A stretch of 64,000 nucleotides of DNA from Zootoca vivipara. Taxonomy: Eukaryota. The notes beneath the pieces were generated by a model. The model did not search any database, was not told the DNA's origin, and saw only the letters and a list, made by a program, of their open reading frames with translations. Of the stretch, positions 52,501 through 64,000 are shown in pieces (positions within the stretch are counted from its first letter, which is position 1; the number at the start of each line of letters is the position of its first letter). The stretch spans positions 39,742,001-39,806,000 of the forward strand of contig NC_083283.1 in the NCBI RefSeq assembly GCF_963506605.1, given 5' to 3'. Both the position numbers and the translations under genes were made by a program.

Positions 52501-55500
52501 CTGAGAAATGCCTGTGTGAACCTATGCAGCTCTCACAGCAAAATACATCTGAATTGGGCCACTGAACAAGCCAAATTACAATGAATCTGAGTTCTGCGAA
52601 TTGTCAGTCTAGCTCTACAATAATTGAGAAATGCCATTGTGTAGGCATGTGTGTGTGGTGCCCACAAGCTTAAAAAGGTTGGTGACCCCTGGTGCAGTGG
52701 CTAGAGTAATTCCTGGCTTAACATTTCCAATCGGCTACAAGGCTCACCACACCTTTGCAGTTAAAGGGGGCTACATTCACATACAATGTTATGCATGTAA
52801 GCTCTTTCCCACCATCCCATTTGGGGTCCCTGATTGCGTGTACCAGGCCTTGTTGGAAAACGCCCTGGGGGTGCCTGCAAGCCCCCGGAACTCTGAGCGT
52901 CCTCTGGTATGTGCAGCTCTGGAAAAGGCATCTCCCTTCTCTTCCAATGCGCTTCTAGCGACATACATCATATTGATATATGCACACTAAGCTTCTGGCA
53001 GAACACAGCAAGAAGCGTGAGACATCGTAGAACCAATCTACTATTTATTTACACACTATGTACAGACAAAAGCATAATGGTGTCCATTCTCTCCAGCTCC
53101 AAGAGAACAAACAGGCACAAGTAAAAGTGAAAGTGTGTTACAAAGTACATACAGCGGAAGAGATAAGACTGTCTTCCGTTTCCCACACTCTTCTCAGATA
53201 GGCATGTGATTTACACCAATCAAAAATGCAGCATCGGAGGAGTGAAATTGCTAACAGGCCTATGTACATGACATACATTTAACGCACAGAGCCCCTTTTG
53301 CACCTTCCTCTGCAACCATTGAGGTCCGGGTCTGGGGATGTGGTCACACTTCCCAAGTGTACATGGAGAGAAGCTGAAAACAAGACTTGGGTGACCATGG
53401 GCCAATCATTACTTCCCCCCGCTTCTCCATCTCTTTGCGAAGATAATGTTGTGGGTCGAGGGAGAATCCTCCTGAGCACCTTAGAGGGAGGCTGCAATAT
53501 ATATTTTTTTAAAAAAAGTCCACAAAATCCATATCTTCAATGTAAGAAGCTCAGGGGCACCCAAGGGCTTTGGACATTTGGCATGCGCTGGGGGGGAGGC
53601 GAGCATTCAAGAAAAAAATAACCTCAAAGAGCTCCATGGGTGCAGAGTGCTACCCGCAGAGTTCTTTCAATCAGTCCCATCCAAGAATAATCAATGCCAG
53701 TTTTGCCACTGCCAATCAAATGCAAACAGCAGGGTTGTGACACCTTCCACAGGTACTTAGGCAGACAGAGCACTTCTTTTCCTAAAAGGCAAGGGCTTCC
53801 GCTTTTCCTGCATCTGTATCCACATTGAATCAGCATCTGCTGCTATCATACGATACAGGCACAGACCCCCTCAGAAAAAGACTGATTTCCATCACATCAT
53901 CTGGCCTCACATTTGTCTGCCATGCTGTGGCAGGGAATGTGATACTGAGCTGACAAAAAGCAGCACACATTATGCCTGCAGAGACCTTTTGTTCTTCTGC
54001 ATCTCCCCTGCTGGTTTTCAAATTCCAAATGGATTCCCCCTTTTCTCTGAGTCTCCATCTCTCATGCATACAGACTCTCTCTCTCTCTCTCCCTCCCTCC
54101 CTCCCTTTGAGCCTTTCAAGCCAAATGGCCTGGTCAGATCACAAGCCAGCAGGTGCTCTTCTGCTCCACATTTGCATCTCCCAATCCAAACACACACCTC
54201 TCTCTTTCAGCCTTAAAAATAAACCAAGGGAGACTTATCAGTTTGTTTAAGGCTTTGAAGTTTGGTTGGGCTCTGTTCATATATTAGCCTGTTTCTGGGA
54301 GGATATACTTGACATGTTAAGGTTGGTAGCAATTAGAGGCAAGAAGAAATTGCTTGAATAAGGTGCAAAAAGGAGAAGTGGAAAGTGCCTGTGCCTGGGA
54401 GAGTCAAGTTTTTTGCTCGTTGCAGTATTGTTGCTTGGGTGGAAAAGATAACCGCAAAGAGAAATTGCAATAGCTATAAAGCCAAAAGTACATCTTGTGG
54501 GGGGTGCAATTTACTCCTAGACTTTTGGATGCACCTTTTTGCAATTATGTGAACTTATTTTTCCACAGAGAATTCAGCTCTGCAATGTTTCAGCAATCCC
54601 TGCAAGGTGGCCAGTTTCCTCATCAGTCAAATGCTTGATAGCATATAAAAACACATCTATAACCTGGAGACACATTAGGCCTGGCCCAGCAGTAAGGGCA
54701 AATATCCAATATGGTGATTTCAATAGGACTGGGGATGCGTTAGAGAATCACACATAGGACTGAGTCCAAAGAGCATAATAACAAGATGAAGTAATGCTTT
54801 GCTGAATTGACTGCGAAAGCTTCATTGTCCATTCATTCTACTCTTGACTATCATCAATCTTGCATCTCCAAAATACCTACTAAAGATCTTCCACCTACCT
54901 GAGAGTTTGACACATTTAAAAGCATCATATTTGAGGAAACTCTTTCTGACAAATGTTGTATCCCTGCCTTCCATCCAATGTATTCAGTCTGCACTTCCTT
55001 TTTCTGTGGGGCAGGAGAGCAGAACCCCCATTAGCACCAGCCAGCACACCCAGATGGTCAGGGGTGATGGGAGCTGGAGTCCAACAACATCTGGAGGGCT
55101 GCACAGATTCCCCATCCCTGATGTAGGATGCCAAGTTGTTAAGCTAGGCCTGCCTACTTTTTTCAGGCCTTGCTTCTGTGCCTATAACAGCAGCATGAAA
55201 TGCGGAAATGAAGCTTTCCTGACTTAATTTCCCTGCTGGCAAAAACTTCTGCAAAATGTCAGTGCATTGCTGTTGTTAAAAACACAGGAGCAAGGTCAGA
55301 GAAAAATGATAGTTAATTCTAAACATAATATATCTCTATTTCCCATATGTAAACCTATATACTTCTATTTAGAAGATAGCTGAAGGAGACATTGGCCAGT
55401 GAACTACCATAAGGCAGTTCTTTAGCTATCAAGTCCAGCACCATTTAGAGCTTTAAAGAGTTTACAAAAACAGCACACTGGTTAGTCAGTGTAGCTCCTT

Positions 55501-56239
55501 GAGTACTGGTGCGATGCGCTCTTTGTTCAACCCCCGTTAATAATTTGGCCACCACGTTCTGAACCAGCTGAAGTTCTGAATATAATGCAGTGAAGTAATC
55601 TAGCCTTTGCCCTAAGGCAAAATAGAATCACCAGCACAACTCTAACATTTTCATGGACTTCCATACCTTACAGCTGCATGAGAAAGAGGTACAAATGATA
55701 GAAGAACCCTCCACCTTCCAGAAGCAACTTCTGAGTTGAGCATTCACATTCCTTAAAGCACACAGAGAAAGTTTGCCAAAAAGGATTTGTATTCTGTTGT
55801 TCTAAACTTCCTTACTCCAAGTCACTTAAGGAGTAACTCAGCTCCAAGGCTATATAATGAGCGCTGTGTCTACATAATACCCCTCCCACAACCTACACAT
55901 ACAGTTGGAATCCTCCCCTTCCTTCCACTTTAGTAACAACCCAGTTTGACCACAAATCTGGATTACAAACCCACTTCAACACTGGGTTGCAATCTTGGTC
56001 TGTGGACAAGGTAACCCCAAAAATTATTCAAATAGCAGCTAGCATTGACATCACATTGGAACCAACCAATCACATATTGCACACTTCACACTTTGGTTAT
56101 AAAGATCTCTGGATTCTAGCTCAGGAGTAGCCAAGGTACCCTCCAGACTTCTGTCAGACTCCACCCAGCAACTCCAACTTCTGTCAGACCCACCCAGCAA
56201 GGCCAATGATGAGGAATGATGGAACATCTGGAGGGCATC

Positions 56240-57004
56240 TGTGACAAATTGAAGCACTTTTAAAATGTTTATTCCTGCCCGGCTGGCAAAGAGTTAACCC
56301 ACCTCCAGCCTGACTGGCATAGAACTCTGATGGGGGCGGGACTGTGCCCGGTTTTAAAAAAGGAGGGAGTGTCGGTTTGGTCAGTTAGGAGGGAGAGGGA
56401 GGAAGGTGTGGTGTGGTGTTATGTGGTGGCTTATATGAAGACAGTTAAGAGGCTAGGAAAACTTAAAGTTAAATGTTTGACTGAGTTTATTTTGTACAAC
56501 TGGAACAAAGCTAATTAATAAATGACACGTTAAAGAATCACTTATGTTTTTAACACAATAAAACTTCATCTCTGTTTTTGCCAACAAGAGGTCCGTTTGT
56601 ATTTTTCCAGCGAGGTACCAGGACTCACAGCCGTGGTGACTCAAGAGAGGGCCAAACTCACCTCAGGCAGGGAGGTGGTGGTTTGTGTCCTGAAGTTACA
56701 CGGAGGAGGCTTAGAAGGGTAACCTGAGGTGCCAAGAAGTTGCCAGAGTGCCTAGGGCAAACTTCTACAGTGGGGGAATCCAACTGAGGGAGACCCTTTA
56801 CAGGAGGCAAGAGGTTATTCCTGGGGGACAGCCTAGAGTTTCTTAAGGTACCAGGCCACGTAGGCTGGAAGGCTCTCCTTACTTAGAAACCCATTAGGAA
56901 AAGGGGTTTATTTTTGAGGCGGCAGGAGAAGAGGGTGGGTGCTTTCCCCTCTGGATTCCTGTGTCGCAGTGATAGTAAGGCAGAGTGGGACACGGGTCGT
57001 CACA
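56240..57004 (+). repeat. 5' LTR
   Basis: TGTGACA...CGTCACA, direct repeat of 61643-62407. Confidence 0.96.
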
Positions 57005-57008
57005 TTTT

Positions 57009-57026
57009 TGGTGGCAGCGTCGTGAT
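57009..57026 (+). other. Primer binding site, probably tRNA-Leu
   Basis: TGGTGGCAGCG(TCGTGAT) starts after a 4-nt spacer following the 5' LTR; the first 11 nt complement the 3' end of vertebrate tRNA-Leu (...CGCUGCCACCA). Confidence 0.75.
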
Positions 57027-57088
57027 CGAAATTCAAAGCTCACGCGCCTAGTTTGGTTTGAGTCTGTCAGGATTTTCCTGTGAGGAAA

Positions 57089-60000
57089 ATGACTCACGTA
57101 AGAAAACCCAGAGAGGCAAAAGGAGATGAAAGAACGGAAGGGGCTGAGGGAAGCCCAGGTTCTGAGGTAGAACTGATGAAACTACGAATTGAGATGGCCC
57201 GAATTGAAGCTGAGAGGGAAAAGATAGCATCTGAAAGTGAGAGGGAAAAAGCTAGAATTGAAGCTGAGGAGAGAATGCAGTCCGAGAGGTTAAGGGTTCA
57301 ATTAGAACAGGACAGAATGAAGCTTGAAGAGATACGTTTGAGATCAGAATTAACTCGGAGTCCAGTTAACAATGATAGTATCGCAATTAATTTAAAAAGG
57401 TTCCCCAAATTTGGAAAAGACGATAATGTCGAATCGTTTCTATTTACCTTTGAACGCGTTTGTGTGGAATTTCAAATACCTGAGGAGAACTGGATGCTTT
57501 ATTTAAGACCTCAAATTTGTGGGATACTAAGTGAAATTTATGCTGACCTGAGGGAAGAAGAGCTGTCAAGTTACCAAGTATTTAAGCAAAGAGTCAGGGT
57601 TCGATGTGGACTCACAGCTGAACAAAGCAGAAAGGCTTTTCGTGAGGCAAAAAAGGAACATAAAGAGACTTATGCCCAACTAGCTAGCCGCTTAGATAAA
57701 TTACTTGACAGATGGATTCAAGGGAGTGGAGTGAAGGACTTTGATGAGTTAAAACAATTAATTTGTTTAGAACAATTTTTTAAGCAAATCCCTAGCAATT
57801 TACGTTGGTTCTTGAGGGATAAAAAACTGAAAACTGTGGCAGGGGTTGCCGAGGTCTTAGACGAACTACAAGGAGATTTCAATGAAATAGCATTCCCAAA
57901 ACACTCACAGAAGGGTAATCCATGGAGAAACAGAGAAAATAAAGACAGGCAAGAAAATTTTCCTGTCAGGGAATCAGTTTCTGACAAGACAGGTTCTAAG
58001 AAAATCACTTGTTTTTTCTGTAATCGTGAGGGCCATGTACGTGCCAGGTGCCCCCTGCTGGTTAAGTCGCAAACTACACCTACTGCAGCTAAACAAGTAA
58101 AACTGGTAATGCAGTCACAGGAAAATAGCTCGCCTCAGACAGAAGGCTCAGAGAAAGCAGACAGTTCAGCTGAGACTACTTCTAAGGTCTTACAGGTCTG
58201 GAGGGCTGAGCAGGAGTGCAACCAAGATTACATGGAGCCAATTGAATTAAATGGTCAGTCTTTTTTAGGTTTGAGGGACACAGGAGCAGAAGTCTCACTT
58301 GTTAAATCCCAATTTGTTCCAAAGGAGCAGTACCTCAAGGGTCAGTCCTATAGTTTAAAAGGCATATGGGGCCCACATTTTGAAGTACCATTAGCTGAAG
58401 TTGATATTACCTACAAAGGATTTTGTGGCAAGTGGAGAGTAGGAATCCTAAATGAATTGGAGGTACCCTTTTTAATAGGGAATGACCTAGCTAGTCAGAA
58501 GCACCGTATTCAAGTGATAACTAGGTCACAGTCTCAAGTCACTGAGAGTAATCCTCCTGCAGTTATAGAGTCACCCATAGAGCCTGGTGAGGATGAAGGG
58601 CTGATTAGCGTGCCAGTGGTCCAGGAGCACGGTGCCCAATTCTTGAGTGATCAAAAAGAGGATGAAACTATAAAAGAGCTGTGGGGTAAAGCACAAAGTC
58701 CTACTGCAGAAGTAACTGTGGAGAACCCCTGCTTATTTACCACCATTGAGGGAAGACTGTATAGAATTTCTAGGAGGAGGAAAACTGCTGCTGTTTGGGA
58801 AAGGAAGAAACAGTTAGTGTTGCCAAGAGCTTACCGGTGGCAAGTGCTACAAATGGCACACGACGCACCCTCAGCAGCGCATCTAGGCATTAGAAAAACT
58901 AGTGATAGAATCCAAGCAAGATTTTACTGGCCTGGGATGGGCAAGGACATCAAAGAGTATTGCAAGTCCTGTGTGATCTGCCAAAAAGCAGGCAAAAGAG
59001 CGGACAAAACGCGAGGCTTGTTACAGTCTATTCCCGTAATTACTGAGCCCTTTTCCAGAGTAGGAGTGGACATCCTCGGGCCTATCTCCAGAGTTACAAA
59101 AAGGGGGAATAAGTTTATTTTATGCCTCGTAGATTATGCTACGCGCTATCCAGAAGCAATACCTCTAAAGGACATTGATTCCAAGACTGTAGCAAAAGCC
59201 CTCATGTCGGTATTCTTAAGGCTGGGATTCCCCAAAGAAATTATAACAGATTTAGGGACATCCTTCACGTCCAAGACCATGGAAGAGCTTTTAACTCTTT
59301 GTGGGATTAAGCATGTTAAAACGACGGCTTATCATCCACAGTCGAATGGCTTGACGGAGAAATTTAATTCGACCCTGAGCCGGATGCTAAAAACCTATTC
59401 CATCAATCATCCTAACGACTGGGATGAGAGGCTGCAACACTTCCTATTTGGTTATCGCGAAGTGCCGCAGGAGAGCACAGGGTTCAGTCCTTTTGAACTC
59501 CTATTTGGACGACAGCCACGAGGACCCCTAGACTTGATGAAAGCAGCGTGGTCGGGGGAGGAGCAGATCGACAGCCCTGATGTTGTGACGTATCTACAGG
59601 AGCTGCAGAGCGACCTTCAAGAGCTACGGGAGCAAGCTGCTCACAACTTGCAGCAGGCACAGCGTCGACAGAAGCAGTGGTATGATGCACACGCAAGAGA
59701 CAGAACTTTCCAGCCTGGTGACAGTGTGCTCGTGTTAAGAACAAGACGTCGAAAGAAGTTGGAGATGTCGTGGGACGGTCCCTTCAAAGTGGTCGAGAGG
59801 ATATCGGCGGTGAACTATTTGGTAGAGTTAGATGGGGAAGGGAACCGATGTAAGAATTTTCATGTAAATTTACTTAAGCCTTATTTTGACAGAAATAAGT
59901 TGGTGTTGCAAGTAAAGGGGAAGGTGACACAAGGAATTCATTTAACTGGGTGGGGAGAACTAAGTAAGGGCACAACTCTAGCAGAGGTGTCATTCGATGA

Positions 60001-61385
60001 AAGTCTGACCCCAGAGCAAAAGGAGCAGTTAAAATTAGTCCTTGCTCAGTTTGCTCAGATCTTCTCAAACATCCCAGGGAGGACCAGCCTAGCAACTCAT
60101 AAAATAGATACGGGGGAAGCAAGACCCATAGCTACCCCTCCTTACAGAGTGACGGGGGAGCACGCCGACTTGGTCTCTTCAGAGATCAGGGAGATGCTTG
60201 CACTGGGATTGATTGAGCCCTCTTACAGCCCCTGGTCATCGCCCCTGCTCTTGGTCAGGAAGCCAGACAATACCTTTCGTCCCTGTGTAGACTTCAGAAA
60301 GTTGAACCAGGTGACCGTGCCGGACGTTTACCCCATGCCACGGGTGGACGACTTGGTTGAGACCATAGGAAAAGCGAATTATATATCTACACTTGACTTA
60401 ACAAAAGGGTACTGGCAAGTGGAAATGGATCCCTTAGACAAGCCCAAAACCGCTTTCATCACTAGAGATGGGTTGTTTGAATTTAAAGTGTTGCCTTTTG
60501 GATTAAAGAACGCGGCAGCCACGTTCCAGCGACTCATCGATAGGATGCTAAGGGGTCTGCAAACGTTCGCCCTTGCTTACATTGACGACATAGCGGTATT
60601 TAGCCCATCGTGGAGAGATCACTTACAACACCTAAGTGTGGTTTTCCAGAGGATAAAAGCGGCAGGTTTAACAGTAAAAGCGGCTAAGTGTCAGATGGGG
60701 AAAAGACAGGTTAAATACTTAGGCCATGTTCTCGGAGGGGGAGTGATCAGGCCAGATACTAACAAAGTGGAAGCCATCAGAAGCTGGCCGGCTCCCAAAA
60801 CTAAGAAGCAGGTGCGTGCCTTTATAGGAGCTATAGGTTATTATAGGCGTTTTATCCCCCAGTTCAGCACTCACGCGGCTGTGTTGAGTGACTGCACGAA
60901 GAAAAGCCGCCCGGATAAGATTATCTGGACCACACAGTGTCAACAAGCTTTTGAACTTTTAAAGGCTGCTCTGATGACAGAGCCCATTTTAAAAGCACCT
61001 GATTTCTTTTGCCCTTTTAATTTAATGACGGACGCATCAGGTGTTGGTTTAGGTGCAGTACTGGCACAGGAGGGAGAAGGAGGTTTTTTTACACCCAGTG
61101 TTATATATCAGCCGGAAGCTGTTAGAGAGGGAAAAGCACCTCTCTACCATAGAACTCGAATGCCTAGCGATTTTGTGGTCCGTAGGTAAACTGAAGCCTT
61201 ACCTGTGGGGCCGAAAGTTTACCCTATATACCGATCACTCACCACTGAAATGGTTAAACCAAATGAAGGGTAACAACAGTAAGTTAGTCAGGTGGAGCAT
61301 GCAGTTACAGGATTACACTTTTGATGTCAAACACATAAGTGGGAAGGAAAACATCATAGCGGACGCCTTATCCAGGTATTTTTGA
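57089..61385 (+). CDS. Gag-Pol polyprotein: coiled coil, SCAN-like capsid, CCHC, protease, integrase, RT, RNase H; one +1 frameshift at 61084-61090
   Basis: ATG 57089; CFFCNREGHVRARC (~58010); LRDTGA (~58277); HHCC and D-D-E integrase (~58850-59400) with GPF/SH3-like tail; RT LDLTKGYWQ...YIDD (~60578); RNase H TDASG, continuing in another frame (HPVLYISRKL...ELECLA...TDH...ADALSR) to TGA at 61385. Confidence 0.92.
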
Positions 61386-61626
61386 GAGGTATAGGATGGT
61401 GCAAATTATTATATGAAACGGTAATAACCCTAGCAGAACATTTGTGCTTAGGCATTATAGTCTGACACATGCCAAACATGGTTTATCTGTGTACAAGTTT
61501 ATGAGATGTTAATTTAGTTGACTTTGTAATATGAATGTTATAGAATGCATTGAAGTATTTTTAACCCCAAGCCCATTGCTTTGGCATTGCTCTAGTTAGT
61601 TAAGAGCAAGCCGACGCAATGTCTTT

Positions 61627-61642
61627 GTGGTGGGGGGAGATA
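61627..61642 (+). other. Polypurine tract
   Basis: GTGGTGGGGGGAGATA immediately before the 3' LTR. Confidence 0.8.
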
Positions 61643-62407
61643 TGTGACAAATTGAAGCACTTTTAAAATGTTTATTCCTGCCCGGCTGGCAAAGAGTTAA
61701 CCCACCTCCAGCCTGACTGGCATAGAACTCTGATGGGGGCGGGACTGTGCCCGGTTTTAAAAAAGGAGGGAGTGTCGGTTTGGTCAGTTAGGAGGGAGAG
61801 GGAGGAAGGTGTGGTGTGGTGTTATGTGGTGGCTTATATGAAGACAGTTAAGAGGCTAGGAAAACTTAAAGTTAAATGTTTGACTGAGTTTATTTTGTAC
61901 AACTGGAACAAAGCTAATTAATAAATGACACGTTAAAGAATCACTTATGTTTTTAACACAATAAAACTTCATCTCTGTTTTTGCCAACAAGAGGTCCGTT
62001 TGTATTTTTCCAGCGAGGTACCAGGACTCACAGCCGTGGTGACTCAAGAGAGGGCCAAACTCACCTCAGGCAGGGAGGTGGTGGTTTGTGTCCTGAAGTT
62101 ACACGGAGGAGGCTTAGAAGGGTAACCTGAGGTGCCAAGAAGTTGCCAGAGTGCCTAGGGCAAACTTCTACAGTGGGGGAATCCAACTGAGGGAGACCCT
62201 TTACAGGAGGCAAGAGGTTATTCCTGGGGGACAGCCTAGAGTTTCTTAAGGTACCAGGCCACGTAGGCTGGAAGGCTCTCCTTACTTAGAAACCCATTAG
62301 GAAAAGGGGTTTATTTTTGAGGCGGCAGGAGAAGAGGGTGGGTGCTTTCCCCTCTGGATTCCTGTGTCGCAGTGATAGTAAGGTAGAGTGGGACCCGGGT
62401 CATCACA
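61643..62407 (+). repeat. 3' LTR
   Basis: TGTGACA...CATCACA; matches the 5' LTR except at 62384, 62395 and 62402. Confidence 0.96.
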
Positions 62408-64000
62408 GCATCCCATTGACTACCATTGTTCTACCTGATAGCAATAGGTCTCAGGATTATTGTAAATCTTCAAAACATGCCATCATTTTTCAAGTCCCTT
62501 TTTTTAAGAATGGCAAGTTGCTATGCTGGTTCAACTTAAAAAGAAACACAGGATATGTTTTTAAACATATCACTTCATTAGAATACAGTAAGGCCACAAC
62601 CTATGCACATTTAACTTCTGCACATTCAGCTTTACACACTTCACAAAATTGTTTAATTTGTTTTTTTAAGGGGGTGGGAAGGGGCTGGGCATCAGGGGGG
62701 AAAGACTTTTGCAATCCCACCTGCTATTGAACCCTGTTCTATTTTGACTATACACAATTTTGGCTTTAGTCACAATCTCTGGAACATAATCCCCACATAA
62801 GTTGCAGCCTATTTTCAGCAACTATCATTGGCCCATTAAGACTGCAATCCTGTGCACAGTTCCTAGGAAGGAAGACGCATTGAACTCAGTAGGACCCACT
62901 TCCATGTAAACATACACAGGGCAGAGCCAAGTAGGATATCTTCCTTACATTTTCTCTTCTTCTAACTTTAATTATTCAATACCTATGTCGCAAAAGGATT
63001 AAAGCTCTGAAGCAGGATGTTGTGAGTCACTGAGCTGGAGAAATGAATCAAGGAGGAAATTGCCTGATTTCTGATGACATTGTTTAGTAGTACCTGTTGT
63101 GACCATGTCTGCTTGTCATACCATACTCTGCCTTTTCTTGGAAATTAGACAAGTAAACATGCCAGGCACACTTCAGCTATAAACCACTACAAAGGGACTT
63201 AGCACTGTTTGTTCTTTTGCTCCGCCTTTCACTGCTGACAGCTCCCAAACTAGACGTGTGGTGCCAGCTATGCCAAGATACTTGAAATAAATTGATTGAG
63301 AAGAATTCTGCAGGGGGGAAAAATATGAAGACAGAAAAAAAATTGCCTGGAATGATTGATCTCTTCTCCAGATATTTATTCCTTTACGTATTCATGAGTC
63401 ATCTACTACAAATGAAGTTTGCTTTCTTTGACAGAAGGATGTGCCTATTGGGGCACCCAGACCTGTTGTAACTCTAACCTCAATCAGGAAAAGGAGTGGG
63501 CCTGTAGGAATTCATTCAACCCTGATTCTCATTCCAGATGTGCCGCTTCCTTCCTGTGTGTCCTTTTGCCAGTTTCCTTAGTTCTCTGCCTCAATATCCT
63601 CTCATGGGGATTCTGCTAATAGCATCACTGAGACTTTGTGGGATAAATGAGCTTCACTAAAGCTACTTAAACCTTTTACACCAACAGCAGTGGTGCCCCC
63701 CCAAAAGCTCCTCCCCTTTTCAACAATTTTCAGCAACCATGGGGGGATGGACTGTCTACTTCTTCATCTACATTGCCTTCATACTACTTTACCAGCAATT
63801 GCATCAGTGACGTCACAAGTGTCGGAATCTGATTGGCTGTGTAGCACTGTGGCATCGTCCCATTCACTCCTTGATTCAGTGGAATTGGGTATTTGATTAT
63901 TCTGGGAAGGAAAAAGCAATATGGGAGAGGGAGGTATAATGGTGCCAAAACGATGGTGTGGTGGGAAAGAGGTGTCTGACCTCCCGGCAAGTAAATCCCA

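Larger units (their letters stand above)
56240..62407 (+). mobile_element. Full-length Gmr1-like Ty3/gypsy LTR retrotransposon (PR-IN-RT-RH order)
   Basis: TG...CA LTRs of 765 bp, 5-bp TSD GCATC (56235-56239, 62408-62412), PBS, PPT and long gag-pol ORF. Confidence 0.95.

Noticed and set aside
56330-56644. Duplicated small ORFs (repeated at 61733-62047)
   Set aside because: They recur only because they lie in the two LTRs; no coding signature.
57089-61385. Ty1/copia element or endogenous retrovirus
   Set aside because: Domain order is copia-like but motifs are gypsy-type, and there is no env between pol and the 3' LTR.

Overview
Eukaryotic, not microbial, DNA. The repeat content (Sauria SINE, BovB/RTE, CR1, L2, squamate hAT/Tc1 MITEs) points to a squamate reptile, most likely a lacertid lizard; that assignment is inference. 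The window holds one host gene, SNAI2 (Slug), on the + strand: three coding exons (6222-6300, 6882-7427, 9004-9185), 268 aa. About 54 kb of gene-poor, repeat-rich sequence follows. Three things stand out. (1) A very young, nearly intact 6,168-bp LTR retrotransposon (56240-62407, 5-bp TSD GCATC, 765-bp LTRs differing at only 3 clustered positions). Its Ty3/gypsy-type proteins are in the Gmr1-like order Gag(SCAN-like capsid, CCHC)-PR-IN-RT-RNaseH, with one +1 T frameshift in RNase H. (2) A ~230-bp Penelope-like inverted-repeat insertion with a 16-bp TSD, carrying an apparently intact minimal hammerhead ribozyme on + and a mutated mirror copy on -. (3) Many hAT, Tc1/mariner and Harbinger-type MITEs with readable TSDs, including multi-layer nested insertions and one MITE family whose copies share an interior but have different, self-complementary termini. 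Most short ORFs in the supplied track are noise or LINE remnants.
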